Source: a virus
Taxonomy: Duplodnaviria > Caudoviricetes
DNA: 29,685 nucleotides
Strand: one strand, 5' to 3'
IMG/VR virus record: IMGVR_UViG_3300005077_000083
Span: 1 to 29,685 of that record
Shown: in pieces, positions 8,409 through 17,058 of the stretch
Position numbering within the stretch: position 1 is the stretch's first letter
Layout: each line of letters begins with the position of its first letter
The notes under the pieces: model-generated
Database searches by the model: none
Told to the model about the DNA's origin: nothing
The model's input: only the letters and a program-made list of their open reading frames with translations
Translations under genes and position numbers: made by a program

Positions 8409-8418
8409 TCCCATCGGA

Positions 8419-9315
8419 TTAGATCTCGTCCGTGCTCACGACCACGCCGTGGTTGTCACGCAACTCGGCCACGCCCCACAACGCATCCACGCTCACCATG
8501 TCGGCCAGGTCGTCATGGTCATACGACCGCGTGACGCGGATACCCATGCCATCCTCGCTCATCACGACCTGCTGCACGCCCAGCCCGGCCTCGGCCGTGC
8601 TCATGGGCCGCATCGCCAACACCATCGCGTCGCGTTGGAAGAACATGTTCTTGCACTGCCCGCCAGAGACGTTGATCGCCTGGTCCATGAACACGTCAAA
8701 GCCCATGAACCGCCCGCTCCAGGCATTGGCGGCCGCGCCGCCCAGGGCAGCCGCATACTGCGCGTTGATCGCCTTGTCCAGGCCAAGCAATTCATAGTCG
8801 GCATCCTCGTGCAAGACCGCCGAGCGTTGCGCCAGCGGCGCCTTGGCCGCATTGAGCAAGCGGCGCGCCTCGCGGAAATCGGAATCCGCCAGGCCCACCG
8901 TCGCGTCAATCGTCTGCGAGAATCCGCTGTACAGCGCAGCCAGCGTATCCTCGATTTTCTCGACGAGTACCGTGATCGCATCGGCCATATAGCCAGAGAA
9001 CTGATCGGGGCGGCTCAGCATCCGTGCAATGTCCTCCATTCGGAAGGGCACAACATAGTGCTGGTTGAGCGTGACCGCCGTGTAGGTGTCGGCGGGCGCT
9101 TGCGGCGTGAATGACGTATCCGCCGATTTGGCCGCCGCCGTCAGCGCGCCGCGCTGGGTGATGTTGACCGTCTGCCCATACGAGGCGACCTCATTTTGAA
9201 AGTCCCGATTGACCAGGCGCGCCAAAACCAGGTTGGCGCGCAAGGCCCCCAGTGCCTCAGCCGCAACAATAGTCGGAATGCTATCGCCGAGGGATGTAAC
9301 CGTTAGATTCGCCAT
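8419..9315 (-). CDS. Major capsid protein (HK97 fold, P22 coat-like)
   Basis: 298 aa: 'IPTIVAAEAL...LVNRDF...GQTVNI', 'GRFMGFDVF', 'DALWGVAELR'. AAGGAG RBS; follows the scaffold. Confidence 0.88.
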   Translation of the reverse strand: MANLTVTSLGDSIPTIVAAEALGALRANLVLARLVNRDFQNEVASYGQTVNITQRGALTAAAKSADTSFTPQAPADTYTAVTLNQHYVVPFRMEDIARMLSRPDQFSGYMADAITVLVEKIEDTLAALYSGFSQTIDATVGLADSDFREARRLLNAAKAPLAQRSAVLHEDADYELLGLDKAINAQYAAALGGAAANAWSGRFMGFDVFMDQAINVSGGQCKNMFFQRDAMVLAMRPMSTAEAGLGVQQVVMSEDGMGIRVTRSYDHDDLADMVSVDALWGVAELRDNHGVVVSTDEI

Positions 9316-9410
9316 TTGAATTCTCCTTCACGTTGGTTTGAATTGCACTCCTGGTTCGTTTTTTACGCCCAACGCGGCGAGGAGCTGATAGCGGCATAAG
9401 GCCGCACCGA

Positions 9411-9911
9411 TTACTTGACTTGACCCTTCCGGTAATACTCTCTGACCTGCTCAGGTGACATGTTTGCCAGGTCAACCTGTACAGGCCGCCCACCCTGTGG
9501 CGCAGGCGGCACGCCCGGCCCTTCCGCGCGCTTCGCCGCGGCCTGCACTTGCACCAGCAACTTGTCCGCATCGGCAGCCAGCGCCGCCTCATCATCGCCC
9601 TGCAATCGAGCCGCCAGGTCCGGCGTCAATCCCTTGGATAAGGCCACGCTGGAGCGCATCCGCTCTGCCCGCTCGCGCTTCAGTTCTGCATCGCGCTGCT
9701 GGGCCAATTCCTGCCAGCGTTTCTCCTCGGCCAGCTTGGCCTCGGCAGCCGTGCGCTGAGACTCTTCAAGCTGTGCCAGGCGTGCTTGCAGAGTCTTGTA
9801 TCCCTCGTTGACCTCCTTGAATCGCTCATAGGGCACTGGCCCCGGCGGTTCTGCCGGGGGATTGGTAGGCTGTTGTGTCGCCGGTACTTGCGTTACTGCT
9901 GTTGGATCCAT
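9411..9911 (-). CDS. Capsid scaffolding protein
   Basis: 'VPYERFKEVN' plus coiled coil and 'LAARLQGDDEAALAADADKL'; directly upstream of the capsid gene. Confidence 0.82.
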   Translation of the reverse strand: MDPTAVTQVPATQQPTNPPAEPPGPVPYERFKEVNEGYKTLQARLAQLEESQRTAAEAKLAEEKRWQELAQQRDAELKRERAERMRSSVALSKGLTPDLAARLQGDDEAALAADADKLLVQVQAAAKRAEGPGVPPAPQGGRPVQVDLANMSPEQVREYYRKGQVK

Positions 9912-9929
9912 CTTTCTCCTTTTCGTTTT

Positions 9930-10082
9930 TTACGCGCTACGCCGCGATCGTCTTTTTGAGCGTTGCCTGCGAACCCGCAAAGGCAAACGCCGAATACTCT
10001 TTGTGTGCTGCGCCCACCTGCGCGCCATCTTGGGGTGGAACTTGAACATCCACCGCATCTGCCGCTTGCTCTTGAACGGCAT
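9930..10082 (-). CDS. Small highly basic phage protein (50 aa)
   Basis: MPFKSKRQMRWMFKFHPKMARRWAQHT...; GGAG RBS. Confidence 0.65.
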   Translation of the reverse strand: MPFKSKRQMRWMFKFHPKMARRWAQHTKSIRRLPLRVRRQRSKRRSRRSA

Positions 10083-10124
10083 CTCCAATCTCCAATACCC
10101 AATCTCCCCGCTGTACTCAGCGGC

Positions 10125-10152
10125 AGTACCGGTAATGCGCCTTATCCGCACT
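10125..10152 (-). repeat. dif/Xer-like 28-bp site 5
   Basis: Minus strand AGTGCGGATAA-GGCGCA-TTACCGGTACT. Left arm is 9/11 identical to the E. coli dif XerC arm GGTGCGCATAA. Overlaps the stop of the minor head gene. Confidence 0.85.
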
Positions 10153-11059
10153 AGCGCCTACTCGTCGCGTGACTCGGCCAAATCCGAACGCGCGTTCCTG
10201 TCACCAACCGCGCCCTCAACTCAGCCCGCGCCGCATCCTGCATCTGCGAGGTAGGAACCCCTACATTCTCCATGTCCGCTGTATACAGCGTGATCGCCGT
10301 CCGGCATCGCCAATGGAAAGGCGGCCCCTGCAAGCGATTCGCAAAGCGCGGCTTGCCTGTCAGCACAAATGGGCTGTTGAGTGGCTGCACCTGGCCGTGC
10401 ACACGCAGGCAGCAATCTGTGGTGCGGTGGTCAATCGCCGCAATCGCCTGCTTTTGGAATCTCACCTGGCTGCGCTTTTGCGCCCGCTCAAACGCCATCC
10501 CCGTCAACCCCATCGCAAACGTCCACAGGTCCAGATCAGCTTCCAGCGCCAGGCTATTCTTGGCCGACCGCGCTACGCTCGCCCGCCCGTCAACAATCTC
10601 CACTGACATCAGCCGATCCACCATCGCCGCTCGATCCTCGCCCGTCAACCGCATTCGCCCTAGCTCGCCGCTAAACCGCATCTCGAATTGATCCACCCAC
10701 ATCGGCGAGCCGCCCAGCAAATCATCTGCCGCCCGCCGAGCATCCGAGCGGAACTCGCGCCGGATCGCGTCCATGTCCGCTACCTCTCCGAACCGGCCGG
10801 CCCCTTCGAGTTGTGCGGCGACAAACGCCTCAACCGCGTTCGTAACTCGTCCCTCGTAATCTCGCCCAATGCCGGCGGCGCGCTCGCTGAGCGCATCAAA
10901 TTCCCGCCGAACAACGGCGCGCGGCAACGGCCTCGCGGCCAACGCCTCCGCCAATCGCGCCCGCGTCCGTTCCCATTCGCGCTGTAGGTCAGCCGTATAT
11001 CCATCCAGCACCCCCGCCAGCGTGTCATTGAACCGGCGCGCTATCGTCAGGTCCGGCAT
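10151..11059 (-). CDS. Minor head morphogenesis protein (SPP1 gp7 / Mu gpF-like)
   Basis: C-terminal 'AAIDHRTTDCCLRVHGQ...PPFHWRCRT' signature; lies after the portal. Confidence 0.8.
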   Translation of the reverse strand: MPDLTIARRFNDTLAGVLDGYTADLQREWERTRARLAEALAARPLPRAVVRREFDALSERAAGIGRDYEGRVTNAVEAFVAAQLEGAGRFGEVADMDAIRREFRSDARRAADDLLGGSPMWVDQFEMRFSGELGRMRLTGEDRAAMVDRLMSVEIVDGRASVARSAKNSLALEADLDLWTFAMGLTGMAFERAQKRSQVRFQKQAIAAIDHRTTDCCLRVHGQVQPLNSPFVLTGKPRFANRLQGPPFHWRCRTAITLYTADMENVGVPTSQMQDAARAELRARLVTGTRVRIWPSHATSRR

Positions 11060-12338
11060 CCTCAACCTCATCCCCCGCCGCCTGAGCCTGTGAAAGGCGG
11101 CCCTCAACCGGCCTGGCCAGCGCGCGCGCCTGCTCTAGCTCAAGCGCCTGCATCTCTAATTGCACCATCGTCATGGGGTCCAGCGGCAATACGGGCCGGT
11201 CCTGGTCAAGTGCCAGCGTCTCATCATTTAGCGTGGTTATGTTGCCCAGCCCCATCGAGGCCGCCGCGCGCCCGGCCAGCTTCATCGCGCGCACCAGCCC
11301 ATCGTCATAGTTGGGCCGGCAACGCTTGATTTTGAGCACCAACTCCATCAACTGTAATTCCAACGTCGCCGTGGCAATCTGGTCCTTCTTGCGCAATTCG
11401 TCGAACGCCAGTTCTGGCAATGCCCCGAACACCTGATCGCGAATCTCTCGGATGAATTCCAGTACACCGGCCACGTCAACCTTGGGCACCAGGATTTCAA
11501 CCCGCCCGTCCTTATTCGGGAAAAACCAGACGTTATCCGAGCTATGCTCCAATTCGTCGCCTTGCGCGCCAAACACTGCCCACTGGGGATCAGAATTCTT
11601 GCGGATAATCTCGGCCAACTGGCTGGCCAGGCTATTGACCTCATCCAGGAGTGGGATCGCCTTTTGATAGGTGCACTCGCCCAACACGTCACCTGTTTCG
11701 ATGTGGCGCACCTCCACGAACGGTACCGCTTTCTGTGCGTTGGGATACGTGGCCTTGCGCCCATCAAATGATGTCAGTGCGCCGTCCTTGAACGTCCGTA
11801 CATCTGCGGGCGTCGTGACCTCAGCGTACTCGAAGGGCGTGCCATCCTCGCCGATGCGCTGCTCGATATAGATCGCGATCTGGGGCGTGCCATCATAGGC
11901 CGAGTTGGAATCCAGCAGCACACACGCTGGATTCACCGGCGCAATCATCACGCGCCCGGCCTCGCGCAAATCGGACACCTTGAGGCACGACACGCCATAG
12001 ACTGCCCCATAATGGATGTACAGCACGCCGCGCGTGTTCCACTTGGACATGTCCGATAGCGCCTTCCACGCCATCCCCCATGCCTCTGGCGCTTCATCCT
12101 CAAACGTCCACCCACCCGGGATAATGCCCGCATCCACATCCACCGCGCGCGCGAGGGGTAGATACAGCGCCTTGATACCCTTGCCCAGGCGAGGATACAG
12201 CCAGCGCAGCGCGTCATTGAGACCTCTATAGATCGAGCCGTCATAATAGGCCGCTCGCGTGCTCAACGCACTACATCGCGCTCGCCATCCTTCCTCATAC
12301 CGTTTGAATTCATCCAGGTCAAAAATTGTGTCGGCCAT
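11025..12338 (-). CDS. Portal protein
   Basis: 437 aa between terminase and minor head gene; 'AAYYDG' N-terminus and portal-like helices. Confidence 0.8.
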   Translation of the reverse strand: MADTIFDLDEFKRYEEGWRARCSALSTRAAYYDGSIYRGLNDALRWLYPRLGKGIKALYLPLARAVDVDAGIIPGGWTFEDEAPEAWGMAWKALSDMSKWNTRGVLYIHYGAVYGVSCLKVSDLREAGRVMIAPVNPACVLLDSNSAYDGTPQIAIYIEQRIGEDGTPFEYAEVTTPADVRTFKDGALTSFDGRKATYPNAQKAVPFVEVRHIETGDVLGECTYQKAIPLLDEVNSLASQLAEIIRKNSDPQWAVFGAQGDELEHSSDNVWFFPNKDGRVEILVPKVDVAGVLEFIREIRDQVFGALPELAFDELRKKDQIATATLELQLMELVLKIKRCRPNYDDGLVRAMKLAGRAAASMGLGNITTLNDETLALDQDRPVLPLDPMTMVQLEMQALELEQARALARPVEGRLSQAQAAGDEVEDAGPDDSAPVQ

Positions 12339-12360
12339 ATTCCCCGCCGTCCCCAGCGGT

Positions 12361-12388
12361 TGTACTGGTAAGACAAGTTATCGTTCCT
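12361..12388 (-). repeat. dif/Xer-like 28-bp site 6
   Basis: Minus strand AGGAACGATAA-CTTGTC-TTACCAGTACA; the TAA of the arm is the terminase stop codon. Confidence 0.8.
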
Positions 12389-13931
12389 CGTCCAGCATCT
12401 GTTCAATCTCTGCATCACTGCGAGCCGGGGCTGCCTGCGCGGCGCCGCCTTGCCTGGCATACCAATCCACCGACTTGCGCTTCATCTTGCGGCCCTGGTT
12501 CAGCCGGTTATACGCGCCGCTGCTTGCGTCAGACTGGTCTCGGAATGCTCCGTTCGGGATCGCGCACAGTTCCTCGATGTACGCCTGATTCCACGCGCCG
12601 CGCACCAACTTTACATTCCCCGCCTCGGCCTGCGCCGCGAACGGCTCCAGCCTCACGTCCTTGTCACCGGTGGGCCGGTCGGCCTCGACGATGAACCCGG
12701 CCAGCATCTTGATCTCATCGTCCACACTGTCTTTGCCGCTGCTGCCCGGCTCCTGCTCGATGCCGATGCGCACGCCCCGGCCATAGCGCGCCTGGTCAAA
12801 CTGCGCCGTCTGCAACATCACCTTGCGCCGGTTTCCAGTTGACCACTGCCCGCGCGCCATATCCTCGATGAAAATCTCGCCGCCCGCCTTGGCCATCAAC
12901 ACGCCCGCGCTATACTTGCCGCCGTCCTGCGTTGCTGCCTTGTCCCAATATCTTACCCGTTCGGCCTGGGCCGGGGCCGCGTCCACAATCCTGAACCACT
13001 CGCGCTTGAACCGGTTGCCCTCTGCAGCGCGCGGATCGCCGTCGTACTCTGCACTCCACACCAGACTGCCCACGTCCGTCCGGATCGCCGCCAGCGCCGC
13101 GGCGCTGAATCGGTGGGGGGCTAGTGGCTCGCCCGGCTTGCGCCCCACCGGATCGGGCTGCCCAGCACGCTGGCCCAGCCGCCGGGCGCGCTCGTCGCGC
13201 AACGTCTGCGACTCGGCCAGCGCCGGCAACCGCACCATCGTCCACTGGTTCCCCTGCTCGCCCAGCAGCCGCCCGGCCAGGTCATCCTCGTGCCATCGCG
13301 TCATCACCAGCACAATTGCCCCTGTCTCCCAGATGCGCGTGCGGAACGTCGAGCGGTACCAATCCCACACGCGATCCCGATACGTCTGGCTTTGCGCCTG
13401 CTCCCAGTTCTCAAAGGGATCGTCAATAATGCCCAGTTGCGCGCCGTGCCCGGTAATGGGACCGCCCACGCCCGCCGCCAGCAGCCGGCCACGTCGCCCG
13501 GCGATGCTCCACTCGTTCACCGCCCGCGAGTCCCTGGGTGTGCCCACCATAAACAGCCGTTGGTATTCCTCACTCTCCACCAAGTTGCGCGCCTGCCGGC
13601 TCTTGTTCTCCGCCAGCGCCGCAGCGTAACTCGTCAGTATGATCGGATCGTCGGGCCGCTTGCCCAGCCAAAAGGCGGGCAGCCGCACGCTCACCAACTC
13701 GCTCTTGCCATGCTGGGGTGGCGCAAAAATCATCAGCCGCCGCTCGTCGCCGGCCACCACGCGATCCAGCGTCGAGGCGATCAGCTCATGCACCGGGTCC
13801 GCCACATAACGGGGAAATGTATAGATGGTAAAGTTCAGCAGCCGTCGGCGCGCTTTACGCCGGCGGATCAGTTCACTTGCCGCCTCTTGCGGCGATACCT
13901 CTGCCTGCGGCAATATTGGCAAGCTCATCAT
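12378..13931 (-). CDS. terL: Terminase large subunit
   Basis: Walker A 'APPQHGKS', Walker B 'GIIDDP', 'MTRWHEDDLAG', nuclease 'YWDKA' and 'FRDQSDA'. Confidence 0.96.
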   Translation of the reverse strand: MMSLPILPQAEVSPQEAASELIRRRKARRRLLNFTIYTFPRYVADPVHELIASTLDRVVAGDERRLMIFAPPQHGKSELVSVRLPAFWLGKRPDDPIILTSYAAALAENKSRQARNLVESEEYQRLFMVGTPRDSRAVNEWSIAGRRGRLLAAGVGGPITGHGAQLGIIDDPFENWEQAQSQTYRDRVWDWYRSTFRTRIWETGAIVLVMTRWHEDDLAGRLLGEQGNQWTMVRLPALAESQTLRDERARRLGQRAGQPDPVGRKPGEPLAPHRFSAAALAAIRTDVGSLVWSAEYDGDPRAAEGNRFKREWFRIVDAAPAQAERVRYWDKAATQDGGKYSAGVLMAKAGGEIFIEDMARGQWSTGNRRKVMLQTAQFDQARYGRGVRIGIEQEPGSSGKDSVDDEIKMLAGFIVEADRPTGDKDVRLEPFAAQAEAGNVKLVRGAWNQAYIEELCAIPNGAFRDQSDASSGAYNRLNQGRKMKRKSVDWYARQGGAAQAAPARSDAEIEQMLDEER

Positions 13932-14451
13932 CGCTCAAGTCGTCCGCCCGCGTAATGGATACCGGCCCATCGTCAGCCCCCACCAGGTGCAGCTTGGATT
14001 CATCCACCACCACGCCGGTGATTTTGTAATAGAGCTGGAAATGCGCTGCGCTGGCCTCGCCGCCCATGAGCTGCGCCGTCAACGCCCGGTCCACATCCGG
14101 GCCAAACTCGTTCAACTTGCGCACGCGCGCCTGCTGCCCCCACGTTCGCAAGTCCCTGGGCGGCTCGCCATGACGCCGATTCTCCAAGGTCGCCAGCCGC
14201 GCCCGCGAAATGCCCAGCCACGTCGCCAGCTTTTGCAGCGTGTCCAGCTTGCCCGCCTTGCGCCCATCCTTGCCCAGCGACCACCATGCGGCGATCAGCG
14301 CATCGCGCTTGTTCAACCCGTTGGCAATCAGCCAGCGCAACGGATCGCGCCATTCCTCCGGCGCTGACTCAATCCATTCCTCGATCTCGCGCAGCGTGCG
14401 CGGCGAGTGCTCCTCGGGCGCATCATCCAAGAGCGTTTGTTGCCGGGCCAT
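13873..14451 (-). CDS. Putative terminase small subunit
   Basis: HTH-like 'LQKLATWLGISRARL' and C-terminal 'DDLSDDELANIA'; immediately upstream of terL. Confidence 0.7.
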   Translation of the reverse strand: MARQQTLLDDAPEEHSPRTLREIEEWIESAPEEWRDPLRWLIANGLNKRDALIAAWWSLGKDGRKAGKLDTLQKLATWLGISRARLATLENRRHGEPPRDLRTWGQQARVRKLNEFGPDVDRALTAQLMGGEASAAHFQLYYKITGVVVDESKLHLVGADDGPVSITRADDLSDDELANIAAGRGIAARGGK

Positions 14452-14687
14452 TACGCCAGAAACTCCCGGATCACTTCCAGGCGCTCCGCCACAGGATTGA
14501 AACACGTAAACAAGGCGTGCAGCGTGCGCAGGTTTCCGCGTTCGCGCACCAGCGCATCGTACGTCGTCGAACGCAACCGGCGCTCAATCAAATTCAACGC
14601 CAGTGAGCGTTCCTCATCGGTCATCCCGCCCTGCCAGTGTTCATCCTCGGTCAACGCATCGAGCGCGTTTTTGATACTGTCGTACAC
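14451..14687 (-). CDS. Hypothetical protein
   Basis: 78 aa, GTG start with AGGTG RBS, stop overlaps the next start. Confidence 0.6.
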   Translation of the reverse strand: MYDSIKNALDALTEDEHWQGGMTDEERSLALNLIERRLRSTTYDALVRERGNLRTLHALFTCFNPVAERLEVIREFLA

Positions 14688-14695
14688 TCGTCACC

Positions 14696-14723
14696 TGTTG
14701 CGGTAATACACATTATCAGCCGC
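14696..14723 (-). repeat. dif/Xer-like 28-bp site 7
   Basis: Minus strand GCGGCTGATAA-TGTGTA-TTACCGCAACA (outer bases more diverged). Confidence 0.75.
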
Positions 14724-14736
14724 GTCATTCTGATGC

Positions 14737-15135
14737 TCACGCTCCGCTTTTCACCCACCAGCGAACCCGGATCACTTCACGAACCGGGTCCATAATCGTG
14801 CGCCGTTGCTGCGAGTCCAACCCCAGCACATTCAACTTGGGTCCCGTGACAATCTCTTCAACGACATACCAGATCGCAGCATTGGTTTGCACCATCACCA
14901 GCGCGCCAACGTCAAGCGCCTCCTGGATTTTGTCCAGGGGAGTGGGGGCCGTGATGCAATCCACCGCCTGCATCGGCCCGATGCGCACATCCAACACATC
15001 CCCCAGTTGCGTCCCGATCCGTGCGCTCAAATCGTCCAAGTCGTGTACGAGTTGCACGCTCTTGCTGGCGCATATTTGCGCAGCCGCACAGGCATCAGTC
15101 ATTCGTTGAGCAATATCAGCCGCCGGCATTTTCAT
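14737..15135 (-). CDS. Hypothetical protein
   Basis: Co-oriented ORF filling the operon; start uncertain. Confidence 0.55.
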   Translation of the reverse strand: MKMPAADIAQRMTDACAAAQICASKSVQLVHDLDDLSARIGTQLGDVLDVRIGPMQAVDCITAPTPLDKIQEALDVGALVMVQTNAAIWYVVEEIVTGPKLNVLGLDSQQRRTIMDPVREVIRVRWWVKSGA

Positions 15136-15397
15136 CGCCTTCGTGGTTCGCTTCAAACGGCCAATTACACATTTCCAACGCCAGGCCGTTGTAACAAATC
15201 TTTTCAGTCACATTGTTCTGCAGCTTGTTGAACGATACCTGGGCCACCTTGACCCAGAACAACATCATCAGGTCATGCTTGCGTTCGGCCACCTCGCGCA
15301 AATGCTCAAGCGCACATAACTCCAATGAAAACGATACCCTCACCTTGTCCAGCGCCGCTTGTCTATGATGTTCTATCTCGCGTGCATTCAATGTCAT
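15116..15397 (-). CDS. Hypothetical protein
   Basis: ATGA-coupled to the holin-like gene (MTLNAREIEH...). Confidence 0.5.
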   Translation of the reverse strand: MTLNAREIEHHRQAALDKVRVSFSLELCALEHLREVAERKHDLMMLFWVKVAQVSFNKLQNNVTEKICYNGLALEMCNWPFEANHEGDENAGG

Positions 15398-15747
15398 TTG
15401 TGCTCCATGAACGGGCAATCGGGCAGAGGACACTTACCCCCCTCCCGCTGCGCCTCCGTCAGCCTGTAGACCTGCTGCGTGTTCGCATCAAGCGCGCGGG
15501 TAAATGAATCGCTCATCGAGTGGATCGCCTCCGTGGCCGAAGCGATAAACTTGAGCGTTTCGGCTTGCTGCGCGATGAAGCGTTCGTAGACACTCATTTC
15601 AGATTTGCGCATCGTCTTGCGTTCTTCGATCCACGCGGACAACCATTGTGGGCCGAGTTTGTTCGCGATGATGTAGGCCAGCATGACAATCATCGCCACC
15701 CACGGACCGCGCTCCATCACCAGACTCAATATCGCTTGTTCTGTCAT
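15394..15747 (-). CDS. Holin-like protein (single N-terminal TM plus coiled coil)
   Basis: 'GPWVAMIVMLAYII' TM followed by a charged coiled coil, BhlA/UviB-like layout; first gene of the late operon. Confidence 0.5.
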   Translation of the reverse strand: MTEQAILSLVMERGPWVAMIVMLAYIIANKLGPQWLSAWIEERKTMRKSEMSVYERFIAQQAETLKFIASATEAIHSMSDSFTRALDANTQQVYRLTEAQREGGKCPLPDCPFMEHK

Positions 15748-15760
15748 ACATCCACCTAAC

Positions 15761-15792
15761 AAAAAAGGGGCGCACCCCCACGGGTGCGCCCC
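15761..15792 (-). terminator. Intrinsic terminator ahead of the late operon
   Basis: Minus strand GGGGCGCACCC-GTGG-GGGTGCGCCCC followed by TTTTTT. Confidence 0.8.
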
Positions 15793-15822
15793 GGCGCAAT
15801 CGCCTCAGAACCTCTGCACACT

Positions 15823-15851
15823 ATACTAGCACAAACGTTTCGCCAAGTCAA
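15823..15851 (-). promoter_or_regulatory. Sigma70-type late promoter candidate
   Basis: TTGACT-17 bp-TAGTAT with extended -10 TG. Confidence 0.6.
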
Positions 15852-15877
15852 TACCTCGCAGGCGGCGAGCGCATCAG

Positions 15878-16197
15878 TTCTTTTTCAAAAATGGATCTAT
15901 CTCTCTTCTTCTTACGGTTTTTGTTTTTTATTTCCTTTTACCCCCCTGGGCTAGTGCATTTGCACGTCTTAGACGTGCATTCACACCGGCAAGGGGATGA
16001 GGCGATCCGCATGTCCACAGACATACCGGTGATTTCGTAGGCGAGTGCACCGATAGAGTAGACATCAAAAAAGGCGAAGAGAATCTCTTCGCCTTCACCC
16101 ACCATCCATCTGGGCCATCGCCCGCATACGATGACGGTCAGCGTCTGGTGGGCTAGATGTGCATTTGCACGTCTTCACCAGTGTAAATGCACGTCTA
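15878..16197. other. Putative replication origin (AT-rich tract plus iteron-like repeats)
   Basis: T-rich tract ~15880-15940. 17-bp direct repeat GTGCATTTGCACGTCTT at 15954-15970 and 16159-16175. Inverted pair 15970-15986 / 16181-16197. Adjacent to the initiator gene. Confidence 0.6.
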
Positions 16198-17028
16198 GGT
16201 ACTATTGACAGAATCTATAAACCAATCCCGTGGATCGAACCCATACTGCTCCAGCCACTGATCGTGCTTGTGGCGCAGCGTGTCGGTAAGTCCCATTACC
16301 TGTACAGGGCTGAGCAGTGGCAAACGCACCGCCACGCTCACCACATACATCGTATGCGGATCGTGCAGATCGCCCTGCCGGCGGAACCGCCCGATCTGCA
16401 TCGCCTCCAGCTTGTCGAGCGCGCCTGGCTGGCGGCCCGAGTTGCGATTCACACCCACGATGGCCTGCGGCCCACAGGGCACCATCCTGGCCAGCGCGGG
16501 CGCGCTCCAGCGCCGCTCTGGCGTCCATTCGCTTTTCTCGCTGCGAATGTCGCTGCTCCGAACAATCTCCCACACCCGCCAGGCCACCCGGCCCAGCAGC
16601 GGCGCCCAAAAGTGCGACTCGTACTGACTGACGGGGAAAAATCCAACCCGCTTCAAGTCCGGCATCTCTGGAAGCGCGGCCGGCGTGTCAATCTGCTCGA
16701 TCCGTGGTGGAGGAGCGGCCGGCTCCGTCGTCTTATCCACAACAAACCGAACACTAACCGGATGGCCAACAATTCCAGACAACGTGCGCGTAATCATCGC
16801 ATCGAGCCGGTGCTCAAGCCAGTTTTTGGCGGACTGGTTGTGGACGCCAATCACAAGCTGGCCTTGCTCAACGCCTATCAGCCTCGCTCGACTTAGCCAG
16901 GTGTCAAACGTTGCTCCTGTCAACTGTAGCTGCAACTCGCCACAAGCCATCTGCCACACGCGAACAGGGTCTAAAATGTCCACTTTGTCAATCATAACGT
17001 TCGATGGTGAGAATTCAGTTGCGCTCAT
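16195..17028 (-). CDS. Putative replication initiator with DnaA N-terminal domain
   Basis: 'VWQMACGELQLQLTGATFDTWL...LVIGVHNQSAKNWLEHRL' matches DnaA domain I; no AAA+ motifs follow. Confidence 0.75.
   Translation of the reverse strand: MSATEFSPSNVMIDKVDILDPVRVWQMACGELQLQLTGATFDTWLSRARLIGVEQGQLVIGVHNQSAKNWLEHRLDAMITRTLSGIVGHPVSVRFVVDKTTEPAAPPPRIEQIDTPAALPEMPDLKRVGFFPVSQYESHFWAPLLGRVAWRVWEIVRSSDIRSEKSEWTPERRWSAPALARMVPCGPQAIVGVNRNSGRQPGALDKLEAMQIGRFRRQGDLHDPHTMYVVSVAVRLPLLSPVQVMGLTDTLRHKHDQWLEQYGFDPRDWFIDSVNST
16279..16306 (+). repeat. dif/Xer-like 28-bp site 8 (inside a CDS)
   Basis: CGTGTCGGTAA-GTCCCA-TTACCTGTACA. Confidence 0.75.
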
Positions 17029-17058
17029 ATAGCTATGGTTATGCGAAGTGTTACCCCC

